Source of the DNA: Nitrospirota bacterium
GTDB lineage: Bacteria; Nitrospirota; UBA9217
Assembly: GCA_963754875.1 (NCBI GenBank)
Contig: CAVWHO010000008.1
Location: 192,001 to 256,000, forward strand
Direction of reading: 5' to 3'
DNA length: 64,000 bases
The translations under genes and the position numbers were made by a program. Positions 20,660 through 32,192 of the stretch are shown here, piece after piece. Under the pieces are notes generated by a model that worked only from the letters and a program-made list of their open reading frames with translations, had not been told where the DNA came from and did not search any database. Position 1 is the first letter of the stretch. The number at the start of each line of letters is the position of its first letter.

Positions 20660-22576
20660 TTACGAAGTCAGCTGTTTCGCATTCTCCAGCATGAGCTTGG
20701 CCATTGTCTTTGCAAAAGCCGAGGGGTCTTTGACTTTGGAACCTTCGAGCAGGAGCGCCTGGTTATAGAGCAGACTGATGTACTCTTTCAGCATTTCTTC
20801 CTTGCCGCCTTTGGCCATGAGATCGTTCATGGCAGAAAAAACCTGGTGCCCCGGATTGATCTCCAGTATCCGTTTGTCCGTGGGCACGTCCTGGCCCATC
20901 GATTTCAAAAGCTTTTCCATCTGCGGGTCCATGCCGCCTTCGTCTGCAACGAGACAACAGGCCGAGTCCTTGAGCCTGCCCGAAAGCCGCACGTCCTTGA
21001 CCTCGTCCTTCAACTGTTCTTTTATCATCGCGAGCAGTTTCTCGAATTTTTCTTTTGATTTTTCCTTCTCTTTGTCCCCTGCCGTATCCAGGCTGATATC
21101 GCCCTTGATGACCGACTTGATCTTCTTGCCCTTGTATTCCTGGAGGGACGACATAATGATATCGTCGATATCATCGGTCATGATAAGGACCTCGTAGCCC
21201 TTTTCCCGGAACGCTTCCAGGTAGGGAGACGCCAGGACATTCTCATCGGGCTTGCCGGTGATGTAATAGATCTCGCCCTGGGCGATCGGCATGTTCTTCA
21301 GATAGTCTTCCAGGGTCGTCAGTTTCCCCGCCTCGGTCTTGGTGGACGGGAACAGCAGCAGGTCGGCGATCTGCTCCTTGCGGGAGAAATCGAAATGGAT
21401 GCCTTCCTTCAAGACCCTGCCGAATTCCTTGTGAAATGAGACGTAGGAATCGTAGGCGTTCTTTTTCATGTCCGAAAGCGTATCAAGCACTTTCTTGGTG
21501 ACGTTCTTCTTGATGATCTCGACGTGCTTGTTGGACTGCAGGATCTCACGTGATACGTTCAGCGGGAGGTCCGACGAGTCGACCACGCCTTTGATAAAAC
21601 GCAAATACTCGGGGATGAGCTGTTCGCAGTGGTCCATGATCTGGACCCGCTTGACGTACAAGGTCGGCCCGATCTTGTAGTCGCGGTACAGGATCCCGTA
21701 GGGCGCTTTTGCCGGGAGGTACAGGAGCGCGGTAAACTCCGATGTCCCCTCTGCGCGATAGTGGATCACCTTCGCGGGGTCGCCGAAATCATGGGAAATA
21801 TGTTTGTAGAATTCGTTGTATTCCTCGGGTTTGACTTCCGAGGGGTCCTTGAGCCAGATGGCCTTGCCTGCGTTCATGGTCTCTTCTTCGGTGACCTTGA
21901 TCTTCTTGTTCTTGTCCTGCGGGTCTTCCTTTTCCCGTTCAACGTCCATGACAACGGGATGCTCAATATAATCGGAGTATTTCCTGATAACGGACCTGAT
22001 CTCCCATTCGTTCAGGTAATTTTTGTCGTCCGCTTTCAGATGCAGGATGACATCGGTCCCTGCCTGTTCCTTTTCCGCTTCGTCGATGATGAACGAACCA
22101 TCGGCCGCCGATTCCCACCTCATGGCCTTTCTCGTCTTTTCCGTCGCCTTTCGGGTTATGACCGCGACCTTGTCGGACACCATGAAGGAAGAATAAAAAC
22201 CCACGCCGAACTGTCCGATGAGTTCGGGTTTGTCTTTCAGCTCCTTGCTCTGCAGGGCGCGTAAGAAATCCTTGGTGCCTGAATGGGCGATCGTCCCGAG
22301 TTCCGCGATTACCTCCTCATGGGTCATGCCGATGCCGTTGTCGCTCACCGTAAGCGTGCCCGCGGCCTTATCGACAATGATCTTTATTTTCCAGGCCCCG
22401 GTGTTCTCCAGGATGTCCTTGTTCGTGAGCGATTCAAACCGGGCCTTGTCGATGGCATCGGACGCGTTCGAAATAAGCTCCCGCAGGAAGATTTCCTTAT
22501 GGGAGTACAAAGAATGGATCATCAAATCCAGCAGCTCTTTTACTTCGGTCTTGAATTCCATTTTTTCAACAGTCAT
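20660..22576 (-). CDS. htpG: Chaperone HtpG (Hsp90)
   Basis: LYSHKEIFLRELISNASDA, IGQFGVGFYS, DLPLNVSRE. Confidence 0.97.
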   Translation of the reverse strand: MTVEKMEFKTEVKELLDLMIHSLYSHKEIFLRELISNASDAIDKARFESLTNKDILENTGAWKIKIIVDKAAGTLTVSDNGIGMTHEEVIAELGTIAHSGTKDFLRALQSKELKDKPELIGQFGVGFYSSFMVSDKVAVITRKATEKTRKAMRWESAADGSFIIDEAEKEQAGTDVILHLKADDKNYLNEWEIRSVIRKYSDYIEHPVVMDVEREKEDPQDKNKKIKVTEEETMNAGKAIWLKDPSEVKPEEYNEFYKHISHDFGDPAKVIHYRAEGTSEFTALLYLPAKAPYGILYRDYKIGPTLYVKRVQIMDHCEQLIPEYLRFIKGVVDSSDLPLNVSREILQSNKHVEIIKKNVTKKVLDTLSDMKKNAYDSYVSFHKEFGRVLKEGIHFDFSRKEQIADLLLFPSTKTEAGKLTTLEDYLKNMPIAQGEIYYITGKPDENVLASPYLEAFREKGYEVLIMTDDIDDIIMSSLQEYKGKKIKSVIKGDISLDTAGDKEKEKSKEKFEKLLAMIKEQLKDEVKDVRLSGRLKDSACCLVADEGGMDPQMEKLLKSMGQDVPTDKRILEINPGHQVFSAMNDLMAKGGKEEMLKEYISLLYNQALLLEGSKVKDPSAFAKTMAKLMLENAKQLTS

Positions 22577-22614
22577 AGCCCCACCTCGCAATGTCCTTGT
22601 TTAAACAGCAACTA

Positions 22615-22643
22615 TATATACCTGTGCTTTGAACGGTTGTCAA
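22615..22643 (-). promoter_or_regulatory. Putative sigma70 promoter of htpG
   Basis: TTGACA-17-TATATA. Confidence 0.55.
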
Positions 22644-22859
22644 GAAGTTTTGAGGAATCCTCGTGCGCCGGGGGGATTCCTAGTCGCAGGATTTAGTCCT
22701 CAGAACAGTGTACCGAATACAAAGTACCGCATCGGGTTAAAATTTTTGTCCGCGAGAAATAAATTCCTAGTATGACTTGGGAAGAAGAAGGGGGAAATGT
22801 TCTGATGCAAACCGGAAGGTGCAGGGAAGTCTTTTCGACTTCCTCTGCAAACCAGGGGA

Positions 22860-23399
22860 TTACCGTTTACTGATCGCGACCCGTGCTGCCTGCGGCCCTT
22901 CAGTTCCCTGTTCCTCGACGAACGTCACTTCGGTGCCGAATTTCAGATGGTCGAAATCAACCTGATCGAGCACGCTGTTTCTATGAAAATAGATCTCCCG
23001 TTCGTCCGGCGTCTTTATGAAGCCGTAATCCGCCTCGGGAAAGATCCTGACGATACGCCCTGTGGGCGCCTCGGCATGGGCCTTGACGACACCGCGCAGT
23101 TGCCTGCCGTGTTCTTCGAGCAGCCTCACTGCGGCATCGAATGCGTCGCGGACCGCCACGTAAGCATCGGCATTCTCCTGGCGGCTGACCGCCAGTTCCT
23201 TGCCTGGCACGGTGATGTCGATACGAACGCTAAAAAGGTTGCCCTGATGGTGACGGCGCTGTGATTCCTCAACTACAACCCTGCAGCTCATAATACGGTC
23301 GTAAAATCTGTCAAGCTTGGACGCCTTTTCGTTGATGTTCGCCTCAATAACTGCCGAGTGCTCCATGTTCCGAAAGGTGACCTGTAAAGGAATTTTCAT
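22860..23399 (-). CDS. HPF/RaiA ribosome-associated protein fused to a cold-shock domain
   Basis: MKIPLQVTFRNM, DAYVAVRDAFDAA, YGFI..EIYFHRNSV. Confidence 0.9.
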   Translation of the reverse strand: MKIPLQVTFRNMEHSAVIEANINEKASKLDRFYDRIMSCRVVVEESQRRHHQGNLFSVRIDITVPGKELAVSRQENADAYVAVRDAFDAAVRLLEEHGRQLRGVVKAHAEAPTGRIVRIFPEADYGFIKTPDEREIYFHRNSVLDQVDFDHLKFGTEVTFVEEQGTEGPQAARVAISKR

Positions 23400-23616
23400 A
23401 GTTATCCCTCCCGTATTGACGACCTCACTCTTCTGTTTTGAACTTATCATAAGATACTTTCACTGTCAAATAAGTGGACGCAATGCGTAAGAAGACGTGC
23501 TCATTCTCCGTCCCTATGCGACGATGTTCTCAGACCTCCTGTCTGCGGGGCGCATCCTGTCTGTCTGCCGGCTGTAGTACACCGGCAATTTCCCGGGAAC
23601 GCGATTGTTCTTATTT

Positions 23617-24249
23617 TTACCGCTCACGTTCCGGAGTGCGAGACGGCGGCGGCGTCCGCGGCCGCTCAGGGGCGACATGGACCGGTCGATTATTGTGAGG
23701 ATGGATCCACCATGCGTGTCCGTAAAAGTACGGATAAGGATAGAACCATGGCTCGAAATCATACGGCGGAGGATAGGAGTACAGGCGCTCTTTGGGCCAG
23801 AGGTATACCTGTTTGATCCGGAACACAGGATAAGCGTACTCCATTTCATCTATCTTGCCCTTCCGTATGTCGACGAACTCACCCGCGAGCGTTACCCTTC
23901 TTCCTCGTCGATACACTGCGGGGTCCAGCATCGTTCCATCCTTCGGCAGCAACGCAAGATACCTTCCTTCGGAACGGCCGCTTTCCTCGAAGTATCCCGA
24001 TCCGTCCACGGGCACATGCATTGCTTCAATCTGTGAGCCCGCTTCGAGGAGTCTCGTTCGAACGATAACGCCGCCGAGGATAAAAAGCCTCCCCTTGTAT
24101 TGGTCCGGGTTTTCCCTGAGTGCGGTAAATGAAAGAGTTCGCTCGCCCTCCTGCATATAGCCCTTGTATAATACGGGAGCGACGCAGGAAGAAAGTATGA
24201 GGGTACTCACAAATAATAAGAGGATATTCGATCTCCCCAGTCTCATCAT
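23617..24249 (-). CDS. Slp-family outer membrane lipoprotein
   Basis: Lipobox LSSC; GGVI, SEGRYL, LDPAVY..GR.VT, YAYPV. Confidence 0.85.
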   Translation of the reverse strand: MMRLGRSNILLLFVSTLILSSCVAPVLYKGYMQEGERTLSFTALRENPDQYKGRLFILGGVIVRTRLLEAGSQIEAMHVPVDGSGYFEESGRSEGRYLALLPKDGTMLDPAVYRRGRRVTLAGEFVDIRKGKIDEMEYAYPVFRIKQVYLWPKERLYSYPPPYDFEPWFYPYPYFYGHAWWIHPHNNRPVHVAPERPRTPPPSRTPERER

Positions 24250-24426
24250 ATTTAATTTTCTCTCCTAACTCATGTCCTGTCAAGGGTACGGCGGCAAGGA
24301 ATCAATTTGCTTGTAAAGGGAACTGGAACGAAAGCCATTTTTGATGGGGCAAAGAGCGGACACCTGCTGCTGAAAGCAAGCAGTATTTGTGTTACCTTCA
24401 CGCTGCGTGGACGTCCACGGGTGCTG

Positions 24427-25572
24427 CTATTTTTTGACGGATGAATGATTAAGATCCATGATTTTGCTGCCACCTACATACTCTTTTGTCTCATATCGTG
24501 TTATTTCACACATTTTCTGGATGATATGGTCCATCCGGTCACAGCTCTCCAAAAGCCCGTCAACGTGCTTTTTAAGCGGCTTGTTGCTCTCCAGTGCATG
24601 TTCGAGGAGGCCGGCGAGAATAATGATGATCTGCAGCGGCTGCCGAAGTTCATGGGCCGCAGCTCCGGCAACTTTCAGTGCCGCGTCGAGTTTTTCAGCC
24701 GTAACATCGTGAAACACGATGACCTCCCACAGTTCATTCGTGTCACGCAGTTCAATAAATGATGACACCACGGAAAGGACCCGTCCGCCCCAGTGCAGTT
24801 CGCAGGGCTTTTCCAGGAAGGCCCGCACCGTCCGGTAAGTTTCGCACGTGTAGCACGAGGAGCGTCGAGCAAGCGGCAGCCGGCCGATCCCTGCGTTCCA
24901 GCACCGGAAGAGATCTCGGCCTTGCGGGCACCGCGTTTCCGCTCTGCCTGTGGTGCCGGAAAGAGAGCGGGTGTAGGCCAGCTCGATGTCTGAAAGGGCC
25001 TGTCTGAGCGGTGCATCTGCGGGGAGGCCGTAAATGACGCTCCCCCTCGTTTTTTTTTCGAGATCGAGCAGCTTCGTGCACGCATGGTTGACGACGGTTA
25101 TTCTGCCTTCGGTGTCGAGAAACAGGATGCCGTCGCCGATACTGTCGAGGACGGTCTCCAGTTTTTCTTTTCTTTCCTGCAAGAGCCGCTCGCGTTCCAG
25201 GCGCTCGGTCACATCCTGAAAAACTTCCACGCCGCCGATGACGATTCCCTCCTCGTTCCGCACGGGCGCCGTCTTTACCTCTACGGCGACCCGTCTTCCA
25301 TTTTTGTGCCGGAGGTAAACGACCACCAGTCCGCGGGCCTCCCCCTCCTCGATGGAGGCCTGGAGGGGACATCGGCTGTGACAAAGCTCCATGCCATCCC
25401 TGTCCGAATGACGAAGAATGTTATCGAAACAAAAGTGGCCGATAATCTCATCCTTTCTGTACCCTGAGATCCCTGCCGCAGCATCGTTCCACACCAGGAA
25501 CCTCCTTTCCACATCGGTCACGTAAATACCTTCATTGGCCGAATCGATTATATTGGAAAGGTATTTGCTCAT
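24427..25572 (-). CDS. PAS-PAS-HisKA protein lacking an ATPase domain
   Basis: Two PAS domains, AAHELRQPL H-box, ends about 70 aa later; start uncertain. Confidence 0.78.
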   Translation of the reverse strand: MSKYLSNIIDSANEGIYVTDVERRFLVWNDAAAGISGYRKDEIIGHFCFDNILRHSDRDGMELCHSRCPLQASIEEGEARGLVVVYLRHKNGRRVAVEVKTAPVRNEEGIVIGGVEVFQDVTERLERERLLQERKEKLETVLDSIGDGILFLDTEGRITVVNHACTKLLDLEKKTRGSVIYGLPADAPLRQALSDIELAYTRSLSGTTGRAETRCPQGRDLFRCWNAGIGRLPLARRSSCYTCETYRTVRAFLEKPCELHWGGRVLSVVSSFIELRDTNELWEVIVFHDVTAEKLDAALKVAGAAAHELRQPLQIIIILAGLLEHALESNKPLKKHVDGLLESCDRMDHIIQKMCEITRYETKEYVGGSKIMDLNHSSVKK

Positions 25573-26043
25573 ATCGAGGGGCCGTGTCGCATTCACGAAA
25601 CTGTTACTTTTTGGCCGTAGATGATCAGCCCGCTTATGTGCGGAACGATGTGTCATCGTTGATTGCTGGAAAAACCTCCTCCCTCCATGATTCACATAAA
25701 TGATAGCACAAGTTCTGAAGAACGACTGAAGAAATTATCGTGTATGCAGCGAAGACGGGAGGCGGAGGAAATTGTGCAGCAGGAAATTTTTCAGAAAAAG
25801 ATCAGAATACGGGCGATAATGTGCTTTGTGATATTAAGGAAAGAGGTCGCTACCTGAAACCAGACCAAACCATAATCGTCAAATGTCAGGGTGCCGGCAT
25901 ATCGGATTTTTCCGCCGGTGCTGGGCGATTCATTTGGCCCATTAAGCTTAAGGCAAATGGTGCGGGACCCGGCATCGTTGCATTTTTTCTTGTCGATAAC
26001 GTTCACCGTAAATAATTTAACACTGTTCCTTGCTACGACTCGC

Positions 26044-27753
26044 TTAATCTATTCCCAGTGTCTTTGACATAATGCCTATTCTGACGGCGCCCCAATGGCG
26101 TCCCTTCACGAAAATGGGCATGGAAAAATCGTTGATCGTTTCCCCCGTGTCCCTCATATAGGTCTGCAGAAGGAACGGGCTGGCATTTTTGGCAAGTGTT
26201 ATCCCGACCTTATCATTGAACATCCGCTTGTCACGCGTGTTCAGAAGGTCGTCTTCATATTTTCCCGTGGGTGGTTTTGCGAACTTGCTGTTATGGGCCG
26301 GAGCATATCCGTTTTCGTCGACGCACAGTGCATAGATGGCCCCCTTGATATCGGACAGTGCGCTGTCGTACGCCGGTCTGAGTTCTTTATCAAAGTGCTC
26401 ATCGTAGACGGTAGTAAATCTCTCCGGCTTGGAATCCGGGATAAGTTTATAGTTCCTGTCGAAAACGTCGATCCCTTTATCCGAGAGTTCCCTGATTTTT
26501 TCCTGGAAGATGTCCCGGTACTTTTCGGTTTTATCGATAAGCTCCTGAACGAGCCCCGTGCCGACCATAAAGGTCGACATGTTCATCTGCATTGCCTCGG
26601 CTGTCTGGGACAGCTCAGTGGAATATTTTCCTGACTCGTCCATCTGCTTTGTAGTCTCCGTGCTCAGCGTATGTATACCGGAAACTTTTTCGTTGATATT
26701 TTCGTTGGTCTGCGAGAGGTTTTCTATCGACGCTGCGATCCTGGTCAGCTGGGAGCTGTTATTCTCAAAGTCTTTCAGCATGTTATCAAACCCGCCGGAA
26801 GTCTTTTGCACAATACCCCGGGTATGGTCCATGTATTCATTTATCTCTTTGATTTCTGCAAGGGTCTCATGGACCTGCTCGGTCATCTCAGTAATCTTGC
26901 GGGAAATTTCCTCCGTCGATTTCTTGACCCGCTCGGCAAGCTTCCGCACCTCGTCGGCAACCACGGCAAAACCTCTTCCCTGCTCGCCGGCCCTCGCCGC
27001 CTCTATGGCCGCGTTCAGGGCAAGGAGATTCGTCTGATCTGAAATGCCCGTTATCAACGATACGATGTCCTTGATGCTTTCTGAATTTGTCTGCAGCGTT
27101 GCAACCGTAGTATTGAAAGTCAGAAGTCTTTCGTTGATCCTGTTTATCTCTTCGGTAACAAACAGCAGCTCCTTGAGAGAAGAACGCGCTGTTGTGAGGT
27201 TTTGCGACGTTGAAGACGATATGGCCTGGGCATTTTGAGAGATGTCGGTTATGGTTGAACTCGTCGTGTTGCTGAGGTTAAAGATGATGCCGGTAAGCTC
27301 GTTCTGTTTCTTCGCGCTTTCAGCAGTGCCTTTGATCCGCTTGGCCATTTGCGCGGAGCCCGCGGCCACTTTTATCGCAAGGTTCATATTGGTAGCTATC
27401 GTCAGCTTTGGCTTGTCTACGGCTTCACGTAAATGGTCCGCCAGCGCCCGGATGCGGTCATCGGTTATTGCCGCATGCTCCGATGCTTTTGATCCGTTTT
27501 TTCCAGAGATGTCGACGATACATGCCATTAGCTGGTTCGAAGGTTTTATGACTTTGCGGTAGAGATAGAGCATTGCCGCAGCAGAAGCAAGCAGAGTCAG
27601 ACCGGAGAAATAGACAAAGGCTATTCGTTTCTCATAAAAGATAAAAGCACAAAAAGTAATCGTCTGAAATGCAAATAGCGCAAGGGCTGCCGCACCAAAA
27701 TTCCAATGAACGTACGTCCGCCTCCTCTTGTCCTGTTGTTTCCGTGAATCCAT
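26044..27753 (-). CDS. Methyl-accepting chemotaxis protein with extra C-terminal domain
   Basis: [35 protein letters not shown]-terminal [19 protein letters not shown]. Confidence 0.93.
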   Translation of the reverse strand: MDSRKQQDKRRRTYVHWNFGAAALALFAFQTITFCAFIFYEKRIAFVYFSGLTLLASAAAMLYLYRKVIKPSNQLMACIVDISGKNGSKASEHAAITDDRIRALADHLREAVDKPKLTIATNMNLAIKVAAGSAQMAKRIKGTAESAKKQNELTGIIFNLSNTTSSTITDISQNAQAISSSTSQNLTTARSSLKELLFVTEEINRINERLLTFNTTVATLQTNSESIKDIVSLITGISDQTNLLALNAAIEAARAGEQGRGFAVVADEVRKLAERVKKSTEEISRKITEMTEQVHETLAEIKEINEYMDHTRGIVQKTSGGFDNMLKDFENNSSQLTRIAASIENLSQTNENINEKVSGIHTLSTETTKQMDESGKYSTELSQTAEAMQMNMSTFMVGTGLVQELIDKTEKYRDIFQEKIRELSDKGIDVFDRNYKLIPDSKPERFTTVYDEHFDKELRPAYDSALSDIKGAIYALCVDENGYAPAHNSKFAKPPTGKYEDDLLNTRDKRMFNDKVGITLAKNASPFLLQTYMRDTGETINDFSMPIFVKGRHWGAVRIGIMSKTLGID

Positions 27754-28088
27754 TATTGTCTCCTGTTTGACTTAATATCCTATACTGGCGAGCGCAGGAC
27801 GGGCTCGGCAGTTGAATGATTCTGAGGAGAAGTATCAGTTTGATCTGCGTCTTTGTACAATTTATCGGATTGCTTATAAAAAACTTTAACAAATTTTATG
27901 ACTTTTTCCTTGTCGATGAATTTATTGTTGTAATTTGAAAAAAGGAGAGGGCACAGAGAGATGCGGCTGAGGGGAAATTAAAGTTTTTGCAGGAAAATGC
28001 CGATACGCTAAGAGAGAGCAAACTCCACCAAGAAGGTCAAAGACCAGCGTGCAACTCTTGGCATAGTTAGGCACTACAGAGGATCAAA

Positions 28089-29684
28089 ATGCAACTAAGA
28101 GATGTCTCAATAAAATGGAAGCTTTCCGCACCAATCATACTTCTTATCATTATTGGGGTGACAATTTCTACCCTGGTTACGGGCTACAAAACAGAGTCGA
28201 TAGTTCTTCACGAGGTTAAACAATCGACACTTACGGGGTATCGAGATACCATCCTAAACACACTGACCACAATGATGCTGGCAAACAATATTAAAGAGAC
28301 CAAAGGACCGTTTATCGAACAGATGCAGCACTTTGTTGATCTGAGGGTATTCCGTTCAGAAAACGTCGACAAAGATATGGGGAAAGGAGACATCAAAGAT
28401 TACGCTGTTGATACTCTCGATAAGGAAGTCCTGGAAACAGGCAAAGAACGAATCATCGTCGAAGGCGATTCAATCCGGGGCGTGTACCCCTATATAGCAA
28501 AAGAAAATTTCATGGGGAGAAACTGCCTATCCTGCCATAACGTAAAAGAGGGAACGGTTCTGGGGGCTATCAGCATAAAAGTGCCGCTCAAGGATTCCTT
28601 CAGCAGAATAAAGAAAATGCAGTGTCTCTATGGCCTGCTCGGACTGCTCGGCATCCTCGTAATGTCGTTCATTGTGGTTGTCCTCGGTAATCTAACGTTG
28701 CATACACCAATGAAGATCCTGACAGAGAAAGTCAAGAAGGTCGGCGAGGGCTATACAGGCACTTCCGTGTACGTGAAAGGTAAAGATGAGATAGCACAAA
28801 TATCACAAAATGTGGATCTGGTCATCCAACATTTTTCGAAAATGCTTCACACCATCATAGCCGCTTCCGCAAAGATACTGCCTGCTGTTGATATCGTAAG
28901 GAAAGACGCAGAGGCTACGTCTGAAGGCTCAAAAAAACAGGCCAGCCAGGCCCACCTGATTGCCACAGCAGCCGAGGAAATGACCCGGACGATCGTAGAC
29001 ATCGCAAAAAACGCTGCGGATGCAGCTCTGACTTCGACTGATGCCATGGAAATAGCGGAAAGTGGGAAACAGATAACGAGCATATCCGTGGACACAATTA
29101 ACGAGGTGAATGTCTCCACGCTGGAGCTGTCGAATATGGTGCAAAAGTTGAACAAAAGGGCATCGGAGATAGGCAATGTCGTGACGGTAATAAAAGGCAT
29201 AGCGGACCAGACGAATCTCCTGGCATTGAATGCCGCGATAGAGGCGGCACGAGCCGGGGAACAGGGAAGAGGATTTGCCGTTGTAGCGGACGAGGTAAGA
29301 AAGCTGGCGGAACGGACGATTCAGGCTACTGCCGAAATTTCGGCGGAAATTACCGCGGTCCAGGCAGAATCAGCCCAGACTGCGACATCCATGGCATTAT
29401 CGACTAAAGGAGTATCAAAGGCCACGGGTCATATTAAAAATCTCAACAATGTCCTTGAAACTATTGTCGACTCAATCAAACAGGTCAAAGACCAGATAAA
29501 TCAGATTGCGACGGCTGTGGAAGAACAGTCGGCTACAGCCGCGGAAGTTGCAATGAACATAGAGGCCACTTCAAACATCTCAAAAGACATGGAAAAAATG
29601 GCCGGTGATGTGACCGGAGAGGTGCAAAACCTTTCGGACATAGCCGCTGAGTTGGGAAAGGCCACCGCTAATATCAAAACATGA
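28089..29684 (+). CDS. Methyl-accepting chemotaxis protein with periplasmic c-type heme motif
   Basis: Two TMs enclosing CLSCH; HAMP; MCP signature. Confidence 0.93.
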   Translation: MQLRDVSIKWKLSAPIILLIIIGVTISTLVTGYKTESIVLHEVKQSTLTGYRDTILNTLTTMMLANNIKETKGPFIEQMQHFVDLRVFRSENVDKDMGKGDIKDYAVDTLDKEVLETGKERIIVEGDSIRGVYPYIAKENFMGRNCLSCHNVKEGTVLGAISIKVPLKDSFSRIKKMQCLYGLLGLLGILVMSFIVVVLGNLTLHTPMKILTEKVKKVGEGYTGTSVYVKGKDEIAQISQNVDLVIQHFSKMLHTIIAASAKILPAVDIVRKDAEATSEGSKKQASQAHLIATAAEEMTRTIVDIAKNAADAALTSTDAMEIAESGKQITSISVDTINEVNVSTLELSNMVQKLNKRASEIGNVVTVIKGIADQTNLLALNAAIEAARAGEQGRGFAVVADEVRKLAERTIQATAEISAEITAVQAESAQTATSMALSTKGVSKATGHIKNLNNVLETIVDSIKQVKDQINQIATAVEEQSATAAEVAMNIEATSNISKDMEKMAGDVTGEVQNLSDIAAELGKATANIKT

Positions 29685-29731
29685 AACGATGCGCGCGATC
29701 ATCTGCACGCTCCCTTACGGATCAAATCGGG

Positions 29732-30016
29732 TCACGCGCCCGTCTTTTCGCGAACCTCACGCTCCCCTGCCCGCAGCTCCTCGGCCTGTTCCGCATCTGC
29801 TTTCAGCAGCAGAGCCTGGAATTCACCAACGTGGGTCTTTTCCTCCCGTGCGATGTCGTGGAGTATCTTTCGAATACTTCCCTTATGCGCCATTGCAGCC
29901 ATCTGCTCATAGAGGTTGATAGCGTCCAGTTCGGCCATGATCCCGGCGCGGAGGATCTCCTTGTCTACGTCTTCTTTTTTTATCGCTTCGAGCTGAAGGG
30001 GGATTTTCGACAGCAT
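29732..30016 (-). CDS. Small ferritin-like/rubrerythrin protein
   Basis: AELDAINLYE, EEKTHVGEF diiron motifs. Confidence 0.85.
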   Translation of the reverse strand: MLSKIPLQLEAIKKEDVDKEILRAGIMAELDAINLYEQMAAMAHKGSIRKILHDIAREEKTHVGEFQALLLKADAEQAEELRAGEREVREKTGA

Positions 30017-30112
30017 GCCTTTGTCTCCTTGTTAGTAAGTTTGTGGTGCACACTGCTAAAAGTATATCAGATCAGGAAAAGCAAAGTGCATGATCGCCGC
30101 GAATGACGCCTC

Positions 30113-30329
30113 TTATTCTTCCACTCTATACCCCAGCCGCTCGATGCTGTCTTTTGTGATTTTTGTCAGTTTTGCCTCGTCGATCTCGCTCTCGTCAAAT
30201 TTGACGGCGATCTTGCCGCTCTCGACGCCGATGGACTCAACCCCGTCCAGCCCTCCGATGAAACGCCGAAGCGCCATTGAACAGTCGTCGCAGAGACTGT
30301 TTATCCACCGTAAATAATGCTACTTTCAT
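30113..30329 (-). CDS. Heavy-metal-associated (CopZ-like) protein, one frameshift; absent from ORF track
   Basis: Removing one A near 30299 gives MKVALFTVDNSLCDDCSMALRRFIGGLDGVESI...IERLGYRVEE. Confidence 0.72.
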
Positions 30330-30370
30330 GATTGGCTACCTCATTCCGGCATGACCGGGTTCAGAAGGCC

Positions 30371-30768
30371 TTACCGCACATCGACGTTAAAAGTAACTGT
30401 CGGAAGCGCCGTACCTCCACGGGTCGTGGTCACATCTACCCGCCATCCGCCTTCCATGGGGATGTTCGCGTTGAATGCATAGGCGCTTCCGCCCGTTATG
30501 GTTTGCGCAGTGTATTCCATCGGCGCCATGCCAGGCATGGCCGGCATATAGTAGCGCACCTCCACCTTGGCGTCCGTCATCGGCTTTCCCGATGAATCGG
30601 CCAGCTTGACCTTGAGCGTATTATCGCCTTTGACAGGGGATAGCTGCCGGCACTCAGAGTAACGGTTACGTCACCCGCCGACTTCTGCGTCTCATATCCC
30701 TTGGTACATCCGAATACCACCCCGACTGAGATGAGAGCAACCATCATTACCGACGAACTTTTCTTCAT
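30371..30768 (-). CDS. YtkA/FixH-like lipoprotein, one frameshift
   Basis: Lipobox VFGC; GDN.L..L.D..GKP.TDAKV...MPAMPGM..GGW across two frames. Confidence 0.75.
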
Positions 30769-31046
30769 TATTATACTTCCCCCTTTAAGAGTCTTCTGCA
30801 TGGATCCATGCTCCTGGTTTAATAGCAACATGCATGCCGGGACCCTTGCAATAGGAATCTTCTGGAAAATCGGGACATTATCTCACTTTTACAAATCCCG
30901 ACCCGTTTCAAGTGCCTTGTCTCATACACATCAGTGTAGCATTTGCTGCTCAATCCCTATGGCGAGCATTGCTGGAGGGTAACGAAGCGACACTCCTCGG
31001 TAAAACCACGAGCACTGCTTCGAATTCTTCGGATAAAACACGTGCT

Positions 31047-32000
31047 TCAATAGGCACTCGCGTTAGTCAGCAGCTCTATCGACTCATGGTCCAATACCAG
31101 TTTTGTCGCTTCGATGAGGGCCGTTCAATTGCTCCAGGCTCGTAACGCTGGCAGATCGGGGCAGTAACTCCGGGACGCGCCATCAGCCAGGCCAAGGGAA
31201 ACGCTCGCAGGAGTGGAATGGTATCGTTCGGCAACCTGATCCAGGGCCTTGAGAATCCGGAACCCGCGGTCATTCATGTAGAGTTTAGTTCCATGGCCGC
31301 GGATGCTCTTTGATAAATCTTTTTCCGACCGGTACTTGCCCGTAAGAAATCCGCTTGCCAGAGAATAGTACGTGATCACGCCCAGTCCCTGTTTGCGGCA
31401 GAGGGGTTCGAGTGATTGTTCATAATCGGCCCGGTCATAGAGATTATAACGGGGCTGCAGGCATTCATAAGCAGGCAATCCCTGTTGCTTGCTGACTCGC
31501 AAAGCGTCCGAAAGTCTCGCCGCGCTGAAGTTCGAAGCGCCTATTGCCCGCACTTTTCCCTGCTTGACCAGTTGTCCGTAAGCATTGAGCGTTTCTTCCA
31601 GCGGGGTGTCTGGGTCGTCGTAATGCGACTGATAGAGATCAATATGATCGATCTGCAGGCGCTTCAGCGAATCCTCCACAGCGCGGAGGATGTAGGCTTG
31701 TGAAAGCCCCCGTTTACCCGGACCCATTTCACTCCCGACTTTGGTTGCTATGACCACCTTATTCCTGCTTCCGCTCTGTTTCAGCCATTTGCCGATGATG
31801 GTCTCCGATTCGCCGCCTTTGTTGCCGGCTACCCAGCGTGAATAGGAATCTGCGGTATCGATCAGATTAAGCCCGGCAGCGACAAAAGCGTCTAATATTC
31901 TAAATGCCGTCGGCTCATCCACGGTCCATCCGAAAACGTTGCCGCCCAATGCAAGGGGCGCGACTTCTATGTCGGAATTTCCAAGTTTGCGTTTTTTCAT
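31047..32000 (-). CDS. Aldo/keto reductase, frameshifted near C-terminus
   Basis: DTADSY, ATKVG, IDLYQSH, IGASNF; tail LAWLMARPGV..LIEATKL in other frames. Confidence 0.9.
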
Positions 32001-32192
32001 GCGACACCGTCTCCTCTATACCTCGAATGTATAATACAGACCTAAAAAAACAATTTGCCATAGAGATCACAAAGAAAAAAAGCTTCACCTCTAGCACGCC
32101 TAGACCAAAAAGTGAAGTCTTTCACATCTAGCGGTTATTGATTTTTTTTGCGTTCTTTGCGTCTTTGCGCGAACAATTGCTCTTCGTTTTCA

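Noticed and set aside
25791..26006. 71-aa ORF between the chemoreceptor and the PAS protein
   Set aside because: No recognisable motif; cannot be supported from sequence alone
29732..30016. Encapsulin nanocompartment system
   Set aside because: The ferritin-like gene resembles encapsulin cargo, but no shell gene or clear targeting peptide is present
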